A DNA stretch of 64,000 nucleotides from Phycisphaerales bacterium (GTDB lineage: Bacteria > Planctomycetota > Phycisphaerae > Phycisphaerales > UBA1924). The notes under the pieces are model-generated. The model was not told the DNA's origin. It was given only the letters and a program-made list of their open reading frames with translations, and did no database searches. How positions within the stretch are numbered: position 1 is the first letter of the stretch; each line of letters opens with the position of its first letter. This document shows positions 37,535 to 48,372 of the stretch, piece by piece. The translations under genes and the position numbers were made by a program. The stretch covers positions 1,120,001 through 1,184,000 of the forward strand of contig OZ245777.1 of assembly GCA_965227775.1 (NCBI GenBank), written 5' to 3'.

Positions 37535-39148
37535 GTGTCCCACAAGCAAGTCATGTTCGAAAACGAGGCCCTGCAGGAGATGAAGCAGGGTGTCGACCGT
37601 CTGGCCAACGCCGTGAAGTGCACGATGGGGCCGGCCGGCCGCAACGTGGTCATCCAGAAGAGCTTCGGCAACCCGCAGGTGACCAAGGACGGCGTGAGCG
37701 TGGCCCGCGAGGTCGAGCTGCCCGAGCCGTTCGCGTCAATGGGCGCCAAGATGGTGCACCAGGTCGCCAAGAAGACCAACGACAAGGCCGGCGACGGCAC
37801 GACCACCGCGACGGTGCTGGCTCAGGCGATCTTCACCGCCGGGCTCAAGCACGTGACGGCCGGAGCCAACGCCGTACAGGTCCAGCGCGGTGTGAACGGC
37901 GCGGCGCAGGCCGCCAGCGAGGCCATCAACGGCTTCGCCGTCAAGTGCAAGGGCAAGGACGACTACCGCAAGGTGGCCAGCGTGTCGGCCAACCACGACG
38001 CGTCGGTCGGTGAGCTCATCGCCGAGGCCATCAGCAAGGTCGGGGCCGAGGGCGTGGTTGAGGTCGAGGAAGGCCGCGGCAACGAGACTGAGCTCGAGTT
38101 CGTCGAGGGCATGCAGTTCGACAAGGGCTACATGTCGCCCTACTTCATGACCGACCCCAAGAGCGGCGAGTGCGTGCTCGAGGACTGCCTGATCCTCATC
38201 CACGAGAAGAAGATCGCCAACCTGACCGACCTGCTGCCGCTGCTGAACAAGGCTGTCTCGGCCGGCAAGCCGCTGCTGATCATCGCCGAGGACATGGAGA
38301 ACGAAGCGCTCGCCACGCTGGTGATCAACCGCCTGCGCGGCTCGCTCAAGATCGCGGCCGTGAAGGCCCCTGGCTTTGGCGATCGTCGCAAGGCGATGCT
38401 GCAGGACATCGGCATCCTGACCGGCGGCACATTCTTCGCCGAGGACCTGGGCCGCAGCCTCGAGTCGATCGAGCTGAACGAGCTTGGCAAGGCCAAGAAG
38501 GTCGTGATTACCAAGGACGACACGACCATCATCGAGGGTGCGGGCAAGAAGAAGGACATCACCGCCCGAGCCGAGCAGATCAAGGCCCAGCACGAGGCCT
38601 CGACCAGCGAGTATGACCGCGAGAAGCTGATGGAGCGCCACGCCAAGCTGACCGGCGGCGTGTGCATCATCCACGTCGGCGGCTCGAGCGAAGTCGAGAT
38701 GAAGCAGCGCAAGGACCTCGTCGAGGACGCGCTCGCGGCGACCCGCGGCGCGGCCAAGGAGGGCTACGTGGCCGGCGGCGGCGTCGCGCTGCTGCGGACG
38801 CAGGACGCTATCGAGGCCGCTCGCAAGAAGGCCAAGGGCGACGAGCAGATCGGCTACGACATCGTCTACGACGCGGTCGAGAGCTGCGTGCGTCAGATCG
38901 CCGAGAACGCCGGCTTCGACGGCGACCTCGTCGTCGAGAACGTGCGCGAGGGCAAGGCCAGCGAGGGCTTCGATGCTTCGACGGGCGAGTACCTCGACCT
39001 GGTGAAGGCAGGCATCATCGACGCGGCGCTCGTGCCGAGGACGGCGCTAATCAACGCCGCTTCGGTTGCGGGGTTGATGCTCACGACCGATGTGCTCGTC
39101 ACCGAGCTCAAGGAAGAGACCGAGCCGGTGGTGGGGGCGGTTTCTTAA
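37535..39148 (+). CDS. groL: Chaperonin GroEL (copy 2, divergent, no GGM tail)
   Basis: Motifs [18 protein letters not shown] and EGMQFDKGY. GGAGGAG RBS before the GTG. Confidence 0.95.
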   Translation: MSHKQVMFENEALQEMKQGVDRLANAVKCTMGPAGRNVVIQKSFGNPQVTKDGVSVAREVELPEPFASMGAKMVHQVAKKTNDKAGDGTTTATVLAQAIFTAGLKHVTAGANAVQVQRGVNGAAQAASEAINGFAVKCKGKDDYRKVASVSANHDASVGELIAEAISKVGAEGVVEVEEGRGNETELEFVEGMQFDKGYMSPYFMTDPKSGECVLEDCLILIHEKKIANLTDLLPLLNKAVSAGKPLLIIAEDMENEALATLVINRLRGSLKIAAVKAPGFGDRRKAMLQDIGILTGGTFFAEDLGRSLESIELNELGKAKKVVITKDDTTIIEGAGKKKDITARAEQIKAQHEASTSEYDREKLMERHAKLTGGVCIIHVGGSSEVEMKQRKDLVEDALAATRGAAKEGYVAGGGVALLRTQDAIEAARKKAKGDEQIGYDIVYDAVESCVRQIAENAGFDGDLVVENVREGKASEGFDASTGEYLDLVKAGIIDAALVPRTALINAASVAGLMLTTDVLVTELKEETEPVVGAVS

Positions 39149-39165
39149 CAGAGACGATGCTCTTC

Positions 39166-39200
39166 GAGGCGCGGCAGCACGGGCTCCGCGCCTTTCGTTT
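39166..39200 (+). terminator. Hairpin with T-rich tail between groEL2 and dnaJ
   Basis: GAGGCGCGG...CCGCGCCTT followed by TCGTTT. Confidence 0.5.
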
Positions 39201-39223
39201 CAATCTTCGCCTCGAAAGAACGC

Positions 39224-40375
39224 ATGCCGACCACCCGCGACTACTACGAGATTCTCGGCCTCGAGCGTGACGCGTCCGAGGACGACATCAAGCGGGCGTA
39301 TCGCCGGCTGGCGCTAAAGTACCACCCGGATCGCAACCCGGATGACGCCGAGGCGGAGACGAAGTTTAAGGAGGCGGCCGAGGCGTACGAGGTCTTGGGC
39401 GACGCCACGAAGAAGGCTCGCTACGACCAGTACGGTCATGAGGGCCTGCGCGGCCAGGGCGGGGCGGCCCACGACTTCAGCCACATGAACGTCGAGGACA
39501 TCTTCTCGATGTTCAGCGACATCTTCGGTGGTGGGGGCTTCGGCGGCATGGGCGGCGGCCGAGGCGGTCGCCAGCGCGTGGTGCGCGGGTACGACCTCGA
39601 GACCGAGGTCGAGATGGAGCTGAAGGACGTGCTGACCGGCACGGAGCGCGACGTCGAGTTCACCAGGCTCGACGTGTGCGACGCGTGCACGGGCAGCGGC
39701 GCGAAGCCGGGCAGCGACCCGCAGACATGCCCGACGTGCGAGGGGCAGGGCAAGGTCCAGCAGGCCGGCATGGGCGGCATGTTCCGCATGGTGACGGCCT
39801 GCCCGAGTTGTCGCGGCCGTGGCACGATCATCAAGGAGCACTGCCCGAGTTGCAAGGGCAAGGGGCGCGTGCCGCGCAAGCGCGTGCTGAGCGTGAAGAT
39901 CCCCGCGGGAATCCACGAGGGACAAGCGGTGCGTGTGCAGGGTGAGGGCGAGCCGCCTCCGCCCGAAGCCTCGCCGAGCGGTACGGGCGTTCGGGGTGAC
40001 CTGCACGTCGTTGTGCGCATCGATGAACACCCAATGTTCAAGCGCGACGGCGACCATCTGCTGATGGAGATGCCCATCGGATTCACGCAGGCGGCGCTGG
40101 GCACCGAGATGGACGTGCCGACGCTGACGGGCAAGGTGAAGCAGACCGTGCCCAAGGCGACGCAGCACGGCACGCTCTTCCGCCTGCACGGAGAGGGGCT
40201 GCCCAACCTGCGGAGCGGGCGACGCGGCGACATGGTGCTGATTACACGCGTAGAGATCCCCAAGAAGCTCAGCGAGAAGCAGGAGAAGCTGCTCCGCGAG
40301 TTTGCCGAGACCGAAGACCAGAACGTGATGCCCGAGAGCCACGGCTTCCTCAAGAAGATCCGGGACCTGTTTTGA
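39224..40375 (+). CDS. dnaJ: Molecular chaperone DnaJ
   Basis: J-domain HPD, G/F-rich region and four CxxCxGxG repeats. Confidence 0.97.
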   Translation: MPTTRDYYEILGLERDASEDDIKRAYRRLALKYHPDRNPDDAEAETKFKEAAEAYEVLGDATKKARYDQYGHEGLRGQGGAAHDFSHMNVEDIFSMFSDIFGGGGFGGMGGGRGGRQRVVRGYDLETEVEMELKDVLTGTERDVEFTRLDVCDACTGSGAKPGSDPQTCPTCEGQGKVQQAGMGGMFRMVTACPSCRGRGTIIKEHCPSCKGKGRVPRKRVLSVKIPAGIHEGQAVRVQGEGEPPPPEASPSGTGVRGDLHVVVRIDEHPMFKRDGDHLLMEMPIGFTQAALGTEMDVPTLTGKVKQTVPKATQHGTLFRLHGEGLPNLRSGRRGDMVLITRVEIPKKLSEKQEKLLREFAETEDQNVMPESHGFLKKIRDLF

Positions 40376-40393
40376 GTGCGAGGGGAGCGAGCG

Positions 40394-40963
40394 ATGGCCG
40401 AACACGAGACAGTTGATCGCGACCAGGACAACGACGGTCCGCCGGCGAGCTTCGACGAGATCATCCGCGACGAGTCCGGCAACCTCGATGCCGATGACGC
40501 GTTCGCGTTTTTCGAGAAGCTCTCGGGCGACGTGGCCGAGATGGAGAGCCGGTGGAAGCACTCGCTGGCCGACTTCCAGAACTTCCAGCGTCGCGCATCG
40601 GGCAATGAGGTCGAGGCACGCGCCCGCGGCGTGCGCGACGTGTGCGAGTCGATGCTCGGCGCGCTGGACAGCTTCGATCTCGCGCTCTCGCAGGACCCCG
40701 CGAGCCTGACGGTCGAGCAGCTCTTCAAGGCGATCGAGACGATCCGGGCAGAGGCGATGAAGTCCATGGCGCGCCACGGCGTGCTGCCCATCCAGCCGGC
40801 CGTGGGCGATGAGTTCAACCCGGGACATCACGAGGCCGTGATGCAGCAGGCCGCCGAAGGTGTCGGCCCGAGTTGCGTGTCCCAGGTGTTTCAGAGCGGC
40901 TACGCGATGGGCGACCGCGTGCTGCGGCCGGCCAAGGTTGCCGTGACGCCGGGCGAAGAGTGA
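40394..40963 (+). CDS. grpE: Nucleotide exchange factor GrpE
   Basis: Motifs ADFQNFQRR, FNPGHHEAV and GYAMGDRVLRPAKVAV. Confidence 0.93.
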   Translation: MAEHETVDRDQDNDGPPASFDEIIRDESGNLDADDAFAFFEKLSGDVAEMESRWKHSLADFQNFQRRASGNEVEARARGVRDVCESMLGALDSFDLALSQDPASLTVEQLFKAIETIRAEAMKSMARHGVLPIQPAVGDEFNPGHHEAVMQQAAEGVGPSCVSQVFQSGYAMGDRVLRPAKVAVTPGEE

Positions 40964-40994
40964 GCCTCCTGCAGCGAACACCGAGAGCGAACCC

Positions 40995-41333
40995 ATGCCA
41001 ACGTACGACTACCGCTGCAACGCCTGCGACCACGAGTTCGAGCTCTTCCAGAGCATGAGCGACAAGGTCAAGCGCACGTGCCCTGAGTGCGGCAAGAAGT
41101 CGCTCGAGCGTTTGATCGGCACGGGCGCCGCGCTGCTGTTCAAGGGGTCGGGCTTCTACGAGACCGACTACCGCAGCGAGAGCTACACCAAGGCGCAGAA
41201 GGCCGACAAGCCCGATTCGGATGCGAAGAGCGGCTCGAAGTCGGATTCGAAGACTGACGCCAAGGCCGACTCGAAGAGCGACAAGAAGCCAGCAAAGAAG
41301 GATTCGGCCAAGACCAAGGCCGCATCGAAATGA
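40995..41333 (+). CDS. FmdB family zinc-ribbon protein
   Basis: MPTYDYRCNAC...CPECG and FKGSGFYETDY, with a Lys/Ser/Asp-rich tail. Confidence 0.88.
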   Translation: MPTYDYRCNACDHEFELFQSMSDKVKRTCPECGKKSLERLIGTGAALLFKGSGFYETDYRSESYTKAQKADKPDSDAKSGSKSDSKTDAKADSKSDKKPAKKDSAKTKAASK

Positions 41334-41707
41334 TCCTGGGCCACGGCGTCGACCTTGCCGAGGTGGCGCGCATCCGGCGTTCGGTCGATCGATATGGCGA
41401 TCGGTTCTTGGAGCGCGTATTCACCGAGGCCGAACGCGAGTACGCGGGTGACGGTCCGAGACGGTTCGAGCGGCTCGCGGCGAGGTTTGCCGCCAAGGAG
41501 GCCGTGTTCAAGGCCTTGGGCACGGGCTGGGCTGAGGGAGCAGGCTGGACCGACATCGAGGCGATCCGCGAGCCGAGCGGCAAACCAACGCTGGTCTTGC
41601 ACGGCAAGGCCCACGACATGGCCCGGGCAATGGGCGTGAAGTGGTGGCATCTCTCGCTTACGCATACGAAGACGATGGCGATGGCATCCGTGATCGCCGA
41701 GGGCTAG
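41330..41707 (+). CDS. acpS: Holo-[acyl-carrier-protein] synthase
   Basis: Motifs GHGVDL, RFAAKEAVFKALGTG and HLSLTH. Confidence 0.95.
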   Translation: MILGHGVDLAEVARIRRSVDRYGDRFLERVFTEAEREYAGDGPRRFERLAARFAAKEAVFKALGTGWAEGAGWTDIEAIREPSGKPTLVLHGKAHDMARAMGVKWWHLSLTHTKTMAMASVIAEG

Positions 41708-41755
41708 GACACGAACGACGGGCGCATCGAAGTTGCCCACAGCGAGGAGGACACC

Positions 41756-42586
41756 ATGGGCGAGCAAGACGCGAAGACGCCGGTCGACGACAGCCGTCTG
41801 CAGGAACTGATCGACTCGCTGGTGAAGAACCCGAAGGACGAGGCTTCGGAGCGCGAGTTCTGGAAGCTCTTCTGCAATCTTCCGGCTTGGCACCTGTTGA
41901 CCACCGAGGAAGATGCCAGGAAGGTGGTCGAGCAGCAGCAGCCCGACATCCAGGTGCAGATGTTCCAGGATGGTGATCGTGCGCTGCTGCCGATCTACTC
42001 GTCGGGCGAGCGGGCTCGCGCGGTGCTCGAGGATCAGAAGCTCGCGAGCGTGAGCATGCCCCCGCCGGCTGCGCTCGCGTACCTGTGCGGGCTGCGGGGC
42101 CGGATCGATGGCTTCATCGTGAATCCGGTGCCGGGCAAGGCTGGTGGCTTTGGCCATCGGTTGCCCGACTTGTGCGCGTTCTTCAGGAGCGAGCGGGGCG
42201 TGCTGCCCGCGGGCGCCATCCACTGCGCCGTCGATCATGCCCGCAACACCAAGCACACTCTGGCGTTCCTGATGGTGCACGAGATCATCGCCGGTCTCGA
42301 GAAGATCTACGTTGGTGTGAAGGACGACAGCTTCGCCTTCGTGAAGGAGGGGGAGAATCTTTGGCTGTGGGCATTCAGCGATGCGGCGATGGCCGTCCGT
42401 GCTTGCCAGCAGCACGAAGGCCTGAAGATGATCGAGGCCACGCCGGCCCAACTCGCTGAGCGCACGCAGCAAGCTATCGATCAGAGCGAGGGCCGAATCA
42501 AGGGTGTGGTGCTGAACCACCCGGAGAACTCGATGGCGATCGACCTTCCACTCCTGAAGAAGGCCGCGGACGGCGTGGGTGCTTGA
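41756..42586 (+). CDS. Hypothetical protein with two SseB-like repeats
   Basis: LPIYSS...GFIVNP and LWAFSD...GVVLNHP resemble SseB N-terminal domain motifs. Strong RBS. Confidence 0.55.
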   Translation: MGEQDAKTPVDDSRLQELIDSLVKNPKDEASEREFWKLFCNLPAWHLLTTEEDARKVVEQQQPDIQVQMFQDGDRALLPIYSSGERARAVLEDQKLASVSMPPPAALAYLCGLRGRIDGFIVNPVPGKAGGFGHRLPDLCAFFRSERGVLPAGAIHCAVDHARNTKHTLAFLMVHEIIAGLEKIYVGVKDDSFAFVKEGENLWLWAFSDAAMAVRACQQHEGLKMIEATPAQLAERTQQAIDQSEGRIKGVVLNHPENSMAIDLPLLKKAADGVGA

Positions 42587-42609
42587 CAACTCGCTGATCG
42601 AGGTATGCC

Positions 42610-43266
42610 GTGGCAGGCAAAGGCCGCAGTTGGAACCCCAGCGAGCCCGAGGCTCCGGACGATGACGCGGTCGTCGCTGACGATGTGACGCTCGACTCCA
42701 GTGGGCTCGCCGATGCTCGTGTCGGGAAGCTGGTCGTCGCATCGGTGCCCGATGCGGGGCTCGTTCGCATCGAGGCAGAACGGCTCGTGGCAGCCGGCGC
42801 AGTGCTTCCCGGTTTGACGGCTCGAGACGTGATCGCCAGAGGCGGGGACTTGTCGAACACGCAGTTGGCGGGTGCCACCCTGCGTCGTGTTCAGGCGTCA
42901 GAGATCGGTGGCGTCGGCGTGGATGTCTCGAGCGCCAGAGTCGAAAGCGTCGCGCTCCACCAGTGCAAGCTTCGGATGGCACGCGGGCTGGGCGTCCAGA
43001 TGACGAGGTGCTACTTCCATTCCTGCGACTTCCGAGAGGCTGAGTTCGAGGGGGCGAAACTGGACCGTGTTGTGTTTCGCGATTGCGACCTGTCCGGGGC
43101 GAGGCTCGTCGGCGTCGATCTCTCGCTGTGCGACCTCCGAGGCTCGCGTGTGGACGGGCTGGTCGTATCGCCGGATCGGATCCGTGGCGTTCGGGTCGAT
43201 GTGATGCAGCTCCCGACGTTTGCGGCCGCGCTCGGGCTCGACCTGGGCGAAGCGCCACGCGGCTGA
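42610..43266 (+). CDS. Pentapeptide repeat protein
   Basis: Periodicity CDFRE-AEFEG-AKLDR-VVFRD-CDLSG-ARLVG-VDLSL-CDLRG. Confidence 0.85.
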   Translation: MAGKGRSWNPSEPEAPDDDAVVADDVTLDSSGLADARVGKLVVASVPDAGLVRIEAERLVAAGAVLPGLTARDVIARGGDLSNTQLAGATLRRVQASEIGGVGVDVSSARVESVALHQCKLRMARGLGVQMTRCYFHSCDFREAEFEGAKLDRVVFRDCDLSGARLVGVDLSLCDLRGSRVDGLVVSPDRIRGVRVDVMQLPTFAAALGLDLGEAPRG

Positions 43267-43297
43267 GGCACGACCGGTTACCGCCATACGCTTGGGT

Positions 43298-45136
<1,839 letters not shown>

Positions 45137-45191
45137 ACCCGCGCGAGGCAGGTTTCTGGCGAGGTCGGCAGCCGGCGGCCGACGGGCTGGC

Positions 45192-46766
45192 ATGGCAGGC
45201 AGCGGGACGGAGGCAGCAGTGATCGACCAAACCCATGCGATCGAATCGGGCAAGAAGTATCGAACGCTGAGCGTGCTGATGCCCGTGTACAACGAGGCTC
45301 GCACGCTGCGCACGATCGTGTCGCGTGTTCTCAACGCTCCGATCAAGGACCTTGGCCTGGAGATCGAGCTTATTGCTGTCGACGATGGCAGCAAGGATCG
45401 CTCGCGGGAGATCCTCGCCGAGCTCGCTGAGAGTGATGCCCGCATCCGCGTCTTCCACCAGCACCGCAACTACGGCAAGGGTGCCGCGATCCGCCGGGCG
45501 ATCGACGAGTGCACGGGCGACATCGCGATCGTGCAGGACAGCGATCTCGAATACGACCCAGCGGATTATCCGCGCATGCTCCGACCGATCCTCGAGGGCA
45601 ACGCCGACGCGGTGTTTGGCTCGCGTTTCGCCGCGAGCGAGCAGCGCCGCGTGCTGCTCTTCTGGCACAGCGTGGCGAACCGGTTCCTGACCACCGTCAC
45701 CAACATGCTCAACGACATCAACCTGACGGACATGGAGACCTGCTACAAGGCGGTCAGGACGGACATACTGAAGCAGATCCCGCTCAAGAGCGACCGGTTC
45801 GGCATCGAGCCCGAACTCACCACGCGGCTGGCGCAGTGGAACGCCCGGATCTACGAAGTCTCCATCAGCTATCACGGCCGCAGCTATGCCGAGGGCAAGA
45901 ACATCACCTGGAAGGACGGTGTGCAGGCGCTGTGGCTCCTGTTGAAGTATCGCTTCCTGGACAAGCGGTTCACGTCCCATGATGGCTACTACATGCTCGA
46001 GAGCGTTCGGCGCGCCCGTGGGTACAACCGCTGGCTGCTGTCGCAGTTCGAGCGCTTCGTCGGCGCACGTGTGCTCGAGGCGGGTTGTGGCATCGGAAAC
46101 TTCACCGAGCAGTTGCTCGATCGCCAGCGGCTGATCTGTACCGACCTCGATCCGTATTACGCCGAGATCGCCGGCCGGCGATACGCGCACCTCGAGAACG
46201 TTAGCGCGTCTCAGCTCGATCCCTCGCTGGCCGAGGACATCGAGCCGGTTGCGTCGGAGAAGCCCGACACGGTGATCGCGATGAACGTCGTCGAGCACGT
46301 GGGAGACGACGAGGCTGTTCTCAAGAGCTACTGCGACGTGCTCCAGCCCGGCGGGCACGTGATCGTGCTCGCGCCCGCGCACGATTGGCTCTTCACCGAG
46401 TACGATCGCCGCCTCGGGCATTTCCGCAGGTACACGCGGGCGACGCTCGGAGAGCGTTTGAAGGCTGCGGGCTTCGAGGTTGTTCACACCCAGCAGTTCA
46501 ATCGTCTTGGCGTGCTTGGTTGGTGGGCCAGCGGCAAGCTCGGGCGTAAGCAGTTCACGCCCGGGCAGATGAAGCTCTTCCACCGCGTGCTGCCGATCGC
46601 CAAGCTCGTTGAGAACATCGACAGCCTCCCCGGCCTGAGCGTGATCGCCATCGGCCGAAAGCCCGCCCGTTCCCCCCAGGCCGCGACGCCCGCTGGTGAG
46701 GAGCAGGCGGAGTCGTCTTCTCAGATCGAGGCCAAGCCAGCCCAGCAAGCCGTCGCCAGGGTCTGA
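45192..46766 (+). CDS. Bifunctional GT2 glycosyltransferase / class I SAM-dependent methyltransferase
   Basis: N-terminal PVYNE, DDGSKD, QDSDLEYDP and DMETCYK; C-terminal LEAGCGIG, NVVEH and HFRRY. Confidence 0.88.
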   Translation: MAGSGTEAAVIDQTHAIESGKKYRTLSVLMPVYNEARTLRTIVSRVLNAPIKDLGLEIELIAVDDGSKDRSREILAELAESDARIRVFHQHRNYGKGAAIRRAIDECTGDIAIVQDSDLEYDPADYPRMLRPILEGNADAVFGSRFAASEQRRVLLFWHSVANRFLTTVTNMLNDINLTDMETCYKAVRTDILKQIPLKSDRFGIEPELTTRLAQWNARIYEVSISYHGRSYAEGKNITWKDGVQALWLLLKYRFLDKRFTSHDGYYMLESVRRARGYNRWLLSQFERFVGARVLEAGCGIGNFTEQLLDRQRLICTDLDPYYAEIAGRRYAHLENVSASQLDPSLAEDIEPVASEKPDTVIAMNVVEHVGDDEAVLKSYCDVLQPGGHVIVLAPAHDWLFTEYDRRLGHFRRYTRATLGERLKAAGFEVVHTQQFNRLGVLGWWASGKLGRKQFTPGQMKLFHRVLPIAKLVENIDSLPGLSVIAIGRKPARSPQAATPAGEEQAESSSQIEAKPAQQAVARV

Positions 46767-46854
46767 GGCCGATCGCGACTGAAACGAGAAATCGCCGCAC
46801 GGGCTATCCACTCTCGGAGCGCTCCGAGCCCGGAGCGTGGTGGAGGGCTATGCC

Positions 46855-48228
46855 ATGTTCCGTGCCGTTACCGGTCTTGTGATGGCGAGTATTGTGCTTT
46901 TGAGCGCGGCGGGTGTCACGCGTGCGCAGTGCACGGCGGATTGGGATCGCGGCATAGGCCAGCCCGGCGTCGACGTCGCAAGCCTTCGCAAGGGGTTGGC
47001 GATCGCCGACCTGGGCGATGGGCCAGAGGTGATCATCAGCGGTCGATTCTCCTCGGTAGGTGGATCGGCCGCCAACGGCAACGCCCGCTGGAATCCGACC
47101 GATGGGTGGCGCACGTTCGGCACGTCGGGTCTCACAAGCGCAACCGGGAGCGTGCTGGGAAGCAACGTTGCGACCACCTTCCGCGGAGACTTTGTGGCCG
47201 GCGGAGGGTTTGCGTTTGCCGACGGCGAGCCGGTGAGCGGGATCGCTCGTTTCGAGGTATCGCCCGAGGGTGGATTCTGGGATTCGCTCAACGGCGGCGT
47301 CAACGGGCAGGTGCTCGGGCTGCGCGTGCTCGAGTTCGAAGGCGAAGAACTGCTCTTTGTTGGCGGAACATTCACGACCGCGGGGCGGGGCGCGGCCTCG
47401 AGCCCGGGCATCGCGGCTTGGGACGGCGACGCCTGGCGCGGGTTCGGCGACGGCGTCATCGGCTCGGTGAACGACTTCATGATCTACAACGACGGATCGG
47501 GGCCTTCGCTCTTCATCGCCGGTCGCTTCACCCTACCCGGCGGCGTGAGCGGCAACCTCGCGCGCTGGAACGGAACCGAGTTTGAAGAAGTCGGTGATGG
47601 CCTGAGCGGTGGCACGCGCCCCCGCGGAAACAGCATGGCGGTGCACGACTTTGGCGATGGCGATGAACTAGTTGTCGGAGGAAACTTCTTCTTTGCCGGC
47701 GGGGTGGCCGCCAACTCGATCGCGCGATGGAACGGGACCGAGTTTGGGACCGTTGGCGAAGGCTTCGACAACACGGTCACGACGCTCGTGATCGAAGACG
47801 TCGGTGATGGGGAGAAGCTCTACGCCGGCGGCAGCTTCGTGCTGTCGGGGAGCGAGGCCATCTTCGGCCTCGCATCATGGGACGGCGCCGACTGGCGAAC
47901 GGTTGGCGACGGTGTGTCGGGCGCTTCAGTTCCCGGCGTGGCCGCCGCGGTTGGGTACGACCTGCCCGGGGCGCGCAACTCGTTGGTGATCACAGGCGGC
48001 TTTTCGTTCGCCGGTTCTGACGCTGCCCGGAACATCGCGATCTGGGGCTGCGTCGCGGCGTGTCGGGCGGATATCGACGGCGACGGCAGCCTGACGATCT
48101 TCGACTTCCTGGCGTTCCAGAACTTGTTCCAGGACGCCGACCCTGCCGCAGACTTCGACGGTGATGGCGAGTTGACGATCTTCGACTTCCTGGCGTTCCA
48201 GAATGAGTTCGACGCCGGGTGCGAGTAG
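46855..48228 (+). CDS. Secreted beta-propeller-like repeat protein with C-terminal GC-type dockerin-like module
   Basis: Repeats of L.VGG.F..AG......IARWNG..W...G.G, ending CRADIDGDG...DAGCE. Confidence 0.8.
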   Translation: MFRAVTGLVMASIVLLSAAGVTRAQCTADWDRGIGQPGVDVASLRKGLAIADLGDGPEVIISGRFSSVGGSAANGNARWNPTDGWRTFGTSGLTSATGSVLGSNVATTFRGDFVAGGGFAFADGEPVSGIARFEVSPEGGFWDSLNGGVNGQVLGLRVLEFEGEELLFVGGTFTTAGRGAASSPGIAAWDGDAWRGFGDGVIGSVNDFMIYNDGSGPSLFIAGRFTLPGGVSGNLARWNGTEFEEVGDGLSGGTRPRGNSMAVHDFGDGDELVVGGNFFFAGGVAANSIARWNGTEFGTVGEGFDNTVTTLVIEDVGDGEKLYAGGSFVLSGSEAIFGLASWDGADWRTVGDGVSGASVPGVAAAVGYDLPGARNSLVITGGFSFAGSDAARNIAIWGCVAACRADIDGDGSLTIFDFLAFQNLFQDADPAADFDGDGELTIFDFLAFQNEFDAGCE

Positions 48229-48372
48229 CCGGATCGCCTCGTGCTGTGCTCTGGCATGAGAATCTGGGCAATCTAACAAATTTTTCTGGCTCCGCGTGAT
48301 CAGGGCGAGGCTTTTGCGTTCTAATACGCAAGTGCGTCGCAGTGCCGCGATTGCCGAGGGGGATCCGCCATC

